Positions 1 through 8,611 of a stretch of 16,229 bases of DNA are shown piece after piece (within the stretch, counting starts at the first letter, position 1; each line of letters opens with the position of its first letter). The notes below the pieces were generated by a model. The model saw only the letters and a program-made list of their open reading frames with translations, ran no database searches and was not told where the DNA came from. The stretch is taken from NCBI GenBank assembly GCA_000388065.2, contig KB932207.1. One strand, 5' to 3'. The translations under genes and the position numbers were made by a program. This stretch comes from Fonticula alba ATCC 38817 (Eukaryota > Protista > Nucleariida).

Positions 1-20
1 GGGCCCTCAGCCATGGAGGG

Positions 21-59
21 AGAGAGAGAGAGAGGGGGGGGGGGGGGGGGGGAGGGGGG
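21..59. repeat. (GA)n followed by poly-G
   Basis: agagagagagaga at 21-33, then a G run at 34-59 with one A. Confidence 0.85.
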
Positions 60-96
60 AGACAAGAACGGGCGGAACCGCGAAGCCCAGGCGCAC

Positions 97-246
97 CTTG
101 AAGGCCGTCAGCACGGAAGGGCTTGCGCGACCGGGGGGCCACCGGTGCCAGGTCCTCCAGGTCATCCTCGTCATCGAGGCTGGGGCGGATGCGCTTGGGG
201 GCCTGCGACCCGATGGCCTGACTGATGATGTCATGGTCATCATCAT
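97..246 (-). CDS. SPT6: Displaced 150-nt coding exon encoding an N-terminal SPT6 segment, (D)DDDHDIISQAIGSQAPKRIRPSLDDEDDLEDLAPVAPRSRKPFRADGLQ
   Basis: ACTGAC branch point at 268-273, CAG acceptor at 247-249 and GTGCGC donor at 91-96. The exon is phase 1 at both ends, matching the phase-1 end of exon 7081-7117 and the phase-1 start of exon 6460-6728. The joined peptide ELDDDDHDIISQAIG...KRIRPSLDDEDD resembles the SPT6 motif LEDDDFDLIEENLG...RRVKK..DDEDD. Confidence 0.8.
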
Positions 247-285
247 CTGGGCCGAGCATGGATGTTGGTCAGTGCATGCCGCGCC

Positions 286-362
286 GGGGGGGGGGGGGGG
301 GGGGGGGGGGTAGGGGGGGTGGTGGGGGGGTGTGGGGGGGGGGGGGGAGGGGGGGGGGGGGG

Positions 363-438
<76 letters not shown>
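286..438. repeat. Near-pure poly-G tract (about 150 nt)
   Basis: Directly visible, interrupted only by occasional t/a. It separates the SPT6 3' flank from the displaced exon. Length is probably unreliable. Confidence 0.9.
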
Positions 439-439
<1 letters not shown>

Positions 440-687
440 GATGTACGCCCGCGCGCAAGTGCCACCCCGGACGGGGGCGTGTACACACACACACACATAC
501 ACACACACTGCCCCCCGGGAGTGACACGAGTGAAAGAAACACGGGCAGGGGCGGATCCCGCAACGAGGGGGCGACCCTTCGCCCGCGTCTCCCGCCCGCT
601 GCAAGGGCGCGCCCCCGCGTGCCTGCGCGCACAAGCGCCGAGGGGGTCGGCTGGAAAGAAGAGGGAAGGACGGACCGCGGCCCACAT

Positions 688-3600
688 CTAGTACCTCCTC
701 GGGGCCGCGGCCGAAGACGAGGAGGACCCGGAGTAAGCCCCGGCCCCGGGGCCATGGTGCGGCGCCGCCGGAGCCGGCGGCAGGTGGGGATGCTGCTGCC
801 CCGAGGACGGCCCCGGCGCCGCTGGCAAATGATGGTACGGATGGTGCGAGGAGTACTGTCCGGCAGCGCTACTGCTGCCGCCGCTGCCACCGCCATAGGA
901 GGAGGAGGAGGAAGAAGCACCCGCCGGGTAGTGTGACGGGTAGCTGCCGCCGCCCTGGTAGGCGGCGCCGGAGGCGCTCGTCGGGGCCGGTGGCAGGCTG
1001 GCCTGCGCGTGAGGATGGCCACCGTGACCGCCGGCCGTCGGGGCATATGCCCCACCGCCAGCGCCACCGCCGTAGGAGGAGGCACCGCCATAGGCACCGG
1101 CGTTGCCATACCCACCGGCGGTGCCGCTGCCGCCGCCGCCGCCATAAGCGCCGCCGCCATAAGCCCCACCGCCATAGGCCCCAGCACCAGCGCCACCGTA
1201 GGCCCCGCCGTAGCCGCCGGGACCCGCGGGCCGGCCGCCCTGGTACGCCTGCGACGCTGAGGCAGCGACAGCAGGCGCCGCCGCCCCGTAGGCCGAGGGC
1301 TGCGATTGCGAGTAGGCCCCCGGCCCGTCGCCATAGTAGCTGCCATAGCTGCCGCCTCCGGCGGACGCGGCCCCCCCGGAGGCGGGCTGCTGCTGGGAAG
1401 CAGACGAACCAGAGGAAGAGGCCGAGGCGGCGCCATACTGGCCGGAGTAGCCGCTGGATGAGGCGCCCCCGCCGGGGGGCACGCCCGGCCCCGGCCCGGC
1501 ATTGGCCCGGCCCCCGGCATGCGGCGCCTGAGAGGACGACCGGCCGCCAGCCCCGGAGGCCCGAGACACCATCATCTGCTTGAAGCTGTTGAGCAGGTGG
1601 TCCGTCGAGTCCAGCACATGCGCCGACTTGTCCAGGAGATACCCCTTCGGGGTGATCTTGATGAACTGCAGGGGGAGAGGCGAGCGAGCCCGGGCCAAGG
1701 CGGAGGGGGGCGAGATGTCAGTTGGACTGCGGTGCCGAGGGGCGCAGCGCGCCCGAGAGCGACACGCGGCAGCAGGCCAGGCCCCCGATGGCAGGGACAC
1801 CCGGCCGGCGGAATGAAACACCAAAAGACCAGGAGGCCATCACACACACACACACACACACACACGCACCAGCTTGACGATGGACTTGTGCGGGACACAC
1901 AGCAGCAGCATGTATCCGGGATGCTTGGGGTCGGCGCACATGCCGTATGGCACGATGGACGAGGCGCCACGCTCAGCCAGCAGGCGCTCGCCCAGGGCCG
2001 TCTCCCCCAGGTCCCGGTGGAACTTCTTGTGCTCCATCAGCTCATGCAGGCGCATGGAGAAGGGCTCAATCCAGTTGGCCGTCAGATCGTCGAGATCCTC
2101 GAACACCGAGCTGCCAAGGCGCGAGTCCTCGATGATCAGCCGCTTGCCGATGGCCGACACCAGCTGCTTGTCGCGCTCGGTCACCAGCACATGGTAGAAG
2201 GCCCCGGCCGGCCACTTGATGGTGATCGTCAGGAACACCGACCCGGAGGAGGACGGACGAATGATGAAGTCGCCGATCTTCGGGCCAGCGGGCCAGGCGC
2301 GGGGAGCACACGAGGACGGTGTCAGCGCACGGGGAGGAGGGCAGACAGGAACCCCAACGCCCTCGACAAAAAGAGGCGGGCGCAGGCCGAGAGGGAGAAA
2401 GGGCCGGAGCCGCTGGGGTGGAAAAAAAAAACAGGCGGCCCCTAGGGCACGGGACATACCTCATACTCATCGGAACGGAGCATCTCCTCTGCCTCGGCGT
2501 GTGTGATGTTGTGGAAGTTGGGGTTGTTGTCGACCATGCGCCGAACGATCTCCGGCTTCTTGACCACACGAGCCTCGCCTGCGGACGGATTCACGCCGGG
2601 GGACGGGAGGGGGGGGGGGGCGGGGCGGATGGGCAAACCGAACACATCGGCAGCGGGCAGGGGATTAGTCGACGCGCATGGCAGGCAGGCAGGCAGGGCA
2701 ACATGCCCCGGGCATGGAGAGGGGGAGGGCGGCGAGGCAGGAAAGGACAAGGCACGGGGGAACCCCCGGCGAAAGGGAGCACGCACGTGCACGGCGCTCG
2801 GCCGCCTCCATGGCCGCGACATCGAAGAACGGCGCGCGGACCATCTTCGACCGGAAGGCCTGACGAGAACTGGCGATGTCCTCCGGCAGGGCGCTCATCA
2901 GCACCCGGAAGGCACTCCGGTCGATGGTGGTCACCTTCACCTCGATGGAGGACCCGCGCGGGTAGATGGCCCGGTCGCCGCCCCGGCTGAAGGGCAGGAA
3001 GCCGTTCAGATCCGACGGCAGGCGGACCTGCAAGCCCTGGTCACTCTCGCGGTCCACATGCGCATACAGCACCAGCCCCTCATACAGGCTGTGCATGGCC
3101 TCCGAAGTGAGCAACTCAAAGAGGCTCTCATCGTCGATGGCCTTGAACTTGTGCCGGGTCTCATAGAAGGGGGTCTCCAGCTCGAAGCGCATGCGCTTCA
3201 GCATCTGACCCAGCTGCTTGACCGGCTCGCCGCGGAAGAACCCGCCATAGCTGTCGGCCTGGATGGCGGCCAGCTTGTGCGTGGCCCCGCTCTCCCACAT
3301 GGCCAGGATGGCGCGCGAGTCCTCCACCTCGGTGGCCATCTTCCCGCGGAAGTCCGGATCCAGCACATCGAAGGCCAGGCGCCGGGCCAGCTCGTAGCTT
3401 TCCGGGTGAATGCGCGTCGCGTCCAGCACCTCGAAGTGGTTCATGAGCGTGTCGCGCGAGTCGCGGCGCCGGTCCGGGCGAATGGTCCGCGGCCGGACCA
3501 CCAACAGGGCCGCGCAATTGATGTACACACAGGACCCGAGGGCCAGCTCGGAAATCAACTGGTCCCGGCTATTGAGGAAGGTCAAGTTGTGGGAGATGGC

Positions 3601-6600
3601 CAGCTTCAGGCCCTCGGCCTTGCGCGGCCCCAGCCCCGGGACAAATTGCAGGCTGTGGCCAAAGTGCGGCGCCGAAATCGACCGGTTGATGTCCACCCCG
3701 ACATGGGCCACACTCATGCAGAAGGCCCGAGTGAAGATGTCCAACAGCAGGCTCCCCGGGAGCTCTCGCTGCAGGGAGTGCACCCGCAACGAGAGGATGT
3801 CATTCTGCGCCGTGAACAGGGACGCCAACTCCTCCAGCGGGTCCAGCAGCCGCCGGGCCGTGTGCACGGCGAAGCGGAAGTTCGTGTCGTACTCCATCAG
3901 CGACGGGTCCGTGTGGATGACACGCTGCTCCTTCAGCCGGGCCGCGCTGCCGTCCACATACAGCAGCTCCGTCTGGATGTTGCGCGTCTTGATCAGGTCG
4001 TCCATGAACCGGAAGAGACTGCGGGTCTCCATGCCGAAGGTGCCGATGACAATGGCCACCGGCCGGAATTGGTAGATAAACGCCACCAGATCCTTGTGAT
4101 CCAGCTCCACCGTGCCCCGGTGCTGGCGCTCCACCGCAATGGTGAAGACGGACCCATTGATGAAGAAGCCACCCTCATCGACCACCGCCGCATAGAGCTT
4201 GGTCCGGTCGCGGGCCAGGCTCAGGACATTCCGCAAGGGCGACCGGGTGTTGCTGCGGAATTCCCGCATCTCGGCCAGCAGGTCCGGCTGCGAGAGGAAA
4301 TACGGCCCGGCATTCAGGAGCTCCCGCACGCTGCCGGCCACCTCGTCGGCCACCGCCAGGCGCGCCTCCTCCAGGAGCTTGCCCCGGATCTCCTCCTTCA
4401 GCAGGGGATTAAAGTGCGTGGCCAGGACATTGTACAGCAGACGCTGGCGCAGGCCATTCCACTCCAGGGTGGCCGGGTCCGAGCGCTCGGCACAGCAAAA
4501 CCCGGCGATCAGCTCCTGCAGGATGGGCGAGGACGTCTGGTCGGGCCGCAGGCCGCCCGGGCCGCCCCCGGCCGGGGAGGTCGCCATCCCGGCGGCCGAC
4601 TCGCCCGAGGCCAGGTCCACCACCGGCGAATGGGGCCCGGCCGGGCCGGTGGTGCCCGGCACACTGCCCGGCCCGGCCCCGCCATTGGTGGACCCGGCCG
4701 CCAGCAGCGGCACGCAATCCGAGAAGGAAACCTCCAGCAGGTTGTCCGTCACGGCCTTGTGGATGGACACGAAGGTCCCCTGCGCGCGGAGGGCCTTGGC
4801 CGGGTAGCCGGTCAGGAATTTGAAATTGGCAAACGGATGGAACTCATCGATCTCGCTCTCGCCGGCCGGCGTGGGCCGCGTATTCAGCAGGGCCACCCGG
4901 TCGAAGTACAGCTGGCGAATGAAGCGCCGCGTCCGGGGGTCGGTGAAGATCTCCCGCTCGAGGCAGGCCGCGGCCTGGCGGAGCAGGGCCCGCCCGGTCA
5001 GCCCGGCCAGCGGGCTATCGGCCGCCAGCCCCCGGAGGAAGGTCTCCGCATGGGCCAGCGGGCTCTCCCGCGGCGTGGGGATGGCATCATGCTGGAGGTT
5101 GTCCACCAGATTGATGCCCAGCTGCTCGCCGCTGATGGCGAAAGTCCGCACGAAGGCCACCAAATCCACCGGGAAGCTGGTGGCCGAGGGGGTGGACCGG
5201 TTGCGCGAGGAGCGCAGGTGCCGGCGCAGGCCCGTCGACCCGGCGCCCTCGCCATCCTCGGCCCCGGTGCCAGGCTCGCCCAGGTCCCCGAGATGGTGCG
5301 ACATGTAGTCGCGCAGGTCCTGCACCTCCTGCACACTGGTCGGCAGGTACACCCCGGAGGGGGAGAACAGCTGCAAATCCAGCAGATCATCATTCAGTGC
5401 CTCGGTGGCCTCGTTGTCGGAAATCGGCCGCGAGGACCCGGTCATCAGCATGCCGGCTCCAATCGGACCGAACAGGTCCATGTTCTCCATGTAGCTGACG
5501 CTCGGCAGGGGATCGCTCGCCGGGCGGTCCCGAATGCGCCGGTAGAAATTCACCGTGTCCTGGGCGCTCTTGGCCAGGGAGGTCCACTTGATGTCGTGGT
5601 CGTAGATGACCCAGAAGTCCGACAGGCAAAAAACCGAGAAGTAGTGGCTGTGGCGATGGGGGCGGGGCGGGGCGGGGCGGGGCGGGGAGGAGCGGGGCGG
5701 GGCGGGGAAGAGCGGGGCGGGGAGGCGAGACACAGGTCAGACACGCGGGAACACATGGAACAGGGCGACATTCGGCGAGGGCCAGAAGCGAGTCGGAGGG
5801 GGGAGGACAAAACCCAGGCCGGGCTGACGCCGGACGCACCGGCGGTAGAAGATGATGAAGGACACCTCGAACAGCTCATTGCGCAGGAAGTCCAGCACGG
5901 TCATGATCTCCCGCACGAAGGTGGCAAAGACACCCAGCCGGGGGCTGGTGGAAAAGTCGCCGGTCGAGCCGGCCAGGATCCGGGACAGGGTGGCCCCGCC
6001 GCCCGGGCCACGGGCCTCCTCCAGCTGGGCCATCGCCTTGGCGGCCAGCGGCGAATTGCACAGGATCCACCGGGCCTCGCGGCGGAGCTCCACCCGGTCG
6101 AGGCGCTCCTCCCGCTCCAGGCGCTGACGCTCCTCGGCCGAGAGAGCCCCCTCGGTTGCCATGCCATCGGACTCGGTGTCATCGTCGCCCTGAACCATGG
6201 CCAGCATGTCGGCATTGCGCAGGGTCTGACGACGCTTCTGCCGGGCCCGGCGCTCGTCAATGTCAGCCAGGTCGAAGAAACGCTCCGGGCAATCGGCCGT
6301 GCGGATCAGGTCATCGCGCTGGGTGCGGTAGCGCTCGCGCAGGACCTTGGGCTCGATGGACTACATCGGAGTGCGCGCCGTCGGGAGTCAGTGGCCGGCT
6401 GATGGGCAGAGGCGCGGCAAGGGCAGGAGCAGGGGGCAGGGGGCAGGGGCAACACGTACGCTGGTGTCCGCCGGGTTTTCCATCCCCTGGAGCTGCTTCT
6501 TCAGCATGTCGATGATGTACTGTGGCGAGCCGAACAGAACCTCGAACAGATCCCCGGACAGCGAGCTGTAGCCCGGGTGATGGGGGATAGGAATGTCCCC

Positions 6601-7506
6601 CTGATCGCCGAAGGCCCCATCATCCGAGAAGGCCCCATCATCGTCACCATGGTAGGCCGCATTGCCGTAGGGGTTGCCGCCGGCCTCGTCGTCGAAGTCG
6701 ATCGGCTCCTCCATGTCATCAATGTCATCTGTGGCCGGCCGGCCGGCCGACCGGCAGAACCGGCGGAAGGAGGGTCAGTCACAAGCACCGAGAGGGCAGG
6801 CGGCAGAGGGGGGGGGGGGGGGGGGGGCTGGGCCTCCCACGCACGGGGGGGGTACGGCGGCGCCGGTCGCGCGCCGCCTGCTCTGGGGNNNNNNNNNNNN
6901 NNNNNNNNNNNNNNNNNNNNNNNNNNNNNNNNNNNNNNNNNNNNNNNNNNNNNNNNNNNNNNNNNNNNNNNNNNNNNNNNNNNNNNNNNNNNNNNNNNNN
7001 NNNNNNNNNNNNNNNNNNNNNNNNNNNNNGGGAGGGAGAGTGGTGTGGCCAAAAGTCGAAGGGGGGAAGGACAAGCGCACCCAGCTCGGCGTCTAGGAAA
7101 TCGTCGGCCACAACCGTCTGCGGAGCCGGCAAACGGAATAGGGATGGGAAAAGCAGGTCGAGAGATGGTCAATGGCAGGGCAAATGGGACGCGAGGCCGG
7201 CAGGCGACAGGCGAGGGCGCACCCGCTTGCGCCGGGAGCGACCGACAACAAAGTCGTCATCGTTGTCGAAGTCGGCGACCCGACCGTGGTCGTCGTCCTC
7301 CAGCTGGAGGGCAGAGCGCTTGGACGCTGCGCACGAGCAGCGGAGAACGGCGGAAGGAGGGAGTGAGGGAGGGACACAAAGAATGGCAAGTCAGCAAAGC
7401 GTCAGCTTGCACCGGGGGGGGGGGGGGGGACTCTTCATACATGTGACTGTATGTGAGAGAGAGAGAGAGGGAGAGAGGAAGAGAGAGCATAATGCGCACA
7501 GGACAT
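688..7506 (-). CDS. SPT6: Transcription elongation factor / histone chaperone SPT6, multi-exon (about 1770-1830 aa depending on exon content of the gap)
   Basis: Hand-spliced exons (minus): 7500-7506, 7223-7326, 7081-7117, [gap 6889-7029], 6460-6728, 5840-6360, 2787-5647, 2460-2578, 1870-2277, 688-1665 (TAG at 688-690). All junctions are GT..AG and phase-compatible. The protein has an acidic N-terminus and SPT6-like motifs: IEPKVLRERYRTQRDDLIRTADCPERF, LDFLRNELFEVSFIIFYRR, ARRLLDPLEELASL, LQFVPGLGPRKA (HhH), LDATRIHPESYELARRLAFD, an S1-like region, and tandem SH2 (NPNFHNITHAEAEEML / IGDFIIRPSS / IKITPKGY). Family assigned from remembered motifs; no database search was run. Confidence 0.95.
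5658..5722. repeat. (GGGGC)n pentamer repeat in an SPT6 intron, G-quadruplex-capable on the template strand
   Basis: About 12 imperfect GGGGC/GGGGA units inside intron 5648-5839. Confidence 0.85.
6841..6882 (-). CDS. Candidate 42-nt SPT6 micro-exon, (E)QAARDRRRRTPPV(H)
   Basis: A CAG acceptor sits immediately after the gap (6883-6885). Using a GTGGGA donor at 6835-6840 gives a symmetric phase-1 exon. The stronger GTGCGT donor 4 nt upstream would break frame unless the 8-C run is miscounted. Confidence 0.35.
6889..7029. other. Assembly gap (141 N) inside SPT6
   Basis: N run flanked by G-rich ends on both sides. Confidence 1.
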
Positions 7507-7780
7507 CACCGCGACAGTGGGGGGCCGCGGCGGTGGGAAAGGAGGCTCGAGCGCGGCGAGCGGGGCGCCTGAGGGTGCAGCACGGAAGGGCAGGTGCGGG
7601 CAGGGAGTGCAGCGGAGAGGGACGCGTGCGGGCGAGGGGCGAAAGAGGGGGCGAGGTGCTGAAGCGCGCGAGCGGGCGCGGGCGCGATGGAAAAGGACAA
7701 GGGAGGGAGGAGGGGGGGGGGGGAAGGGGGACTCTGACTGGCGGGTCGGGCGCGACCCCCGGGACTAATGGCCCATCCCC

Positions 7781-7890
7781 CTTTATACGCATGTGGTGGG
7801 AGGCCAACCGACGGCCGCCCCCCGCTCCGTTTCCCCAATATTGGTGTGGTTGTGGACGCGAGCCCGTGTATTTGTCGGCCCTACACCAAT
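7781..7890 (-). promoter_or_regulatory. Candidate SPT6 core promoter: TATAAAG with nearby CCAAT boxes
   Basis: TATAAAG on the minus strand at 7781-7787, about 275 nt upstream of the ATG. The palindrome CCAATATTGG (a CCAAT on both strands) is at 7835-7844 and another CCAAT is at 7886-7890. These AT-rich words stand out in GC-rich sequence. No TSS data. Confidence 0.35.
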
Positions 7891-8093
7891 CCCAGGCCGG
7901 GGAGGGAGCATGGGCCGAGGCGCGCAGACCGGGGGGGATCATTTGCACCCTCGGTCCGAGGAAGAAGCGGAGCAGCAGAGAGAGAGACAACGACCACAGG
8001 ACAAGGGCCGGGGGACGGGGGGGCGGGGGGGGGGGGGCGATGCACACCGACTGCGCAATCGCCCGGGGTCTAGTGGTCGCCTGGCCGCGCCCG

Positions 8094-8117
8094 ACACACG
8101 CGCGCGCGCGCGCGCGC
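8094..8117. repeat. Alternating purine-pyrimidine tract with (CG)9
   Basis: acacac followed by cgcgcgcgcgcgcgcgcg at 8099-8116. Confidence 0.85.
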
Positions 8118-8611
8118 CCGAGCCGAATGGTCCATCCCCAGCCCAGCCCGGCCTCCGCTACCTTGTGCCGACCTGGCGCGTTTGACCGCGGCGCGCAGCC
8201 CCCTCGCCTGTGGGCGCGCGTGCGCGCGCAAAAGCCGAACGGCAAAAGGTGCGCGCGCGCGAAGCGAAAATCGCGGGACAGTATCATGTGTTTCGGGGGT
8301 GCATTGGCACTACAGACTATGACAAGGACAGAAGATGTGCGCGGAGCGCGGGGGGGGGGGGGGGACCGATCTCCACCCCGCCCCCCCGCCCCCACAGGGG
8401 GGAGAGGGAGAGAGGGGGCGGGGACACAGAGGGCAAGAGACGCGATGGACAGGACGAGGGGACCAGGGAAAGCCGGAGAAGACCATGAGAACCGGCAACC
8501 AATTGCGCCCCTGCACCACATGATGGCACGCGGCTGGTGGCACCCTCTCTCTCTCTTTCTCTGGCTCGCTCGCTCTCGTGCGCGCCCACAAACGCGCAAT
8601 GCTCAAACTAC

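Noticed and set aside
225-936. Poly-Gly and poly-Pro ORFs (7-687, 225-524, 262-936, 332-691)
   Set aside because: Translations of the poly-G tract and (CA)n repeat; not coding.
2503-6402. 1299-aa plus-strand ORF
   Set aside because: It is the codon-in-register antisense shadow of the large SPT6 exon. Antisense stops need TTA/CTA/TCA sense codons, which are rare in GC-rich genes. It also runs through intron repeats and has no recognisable domain.
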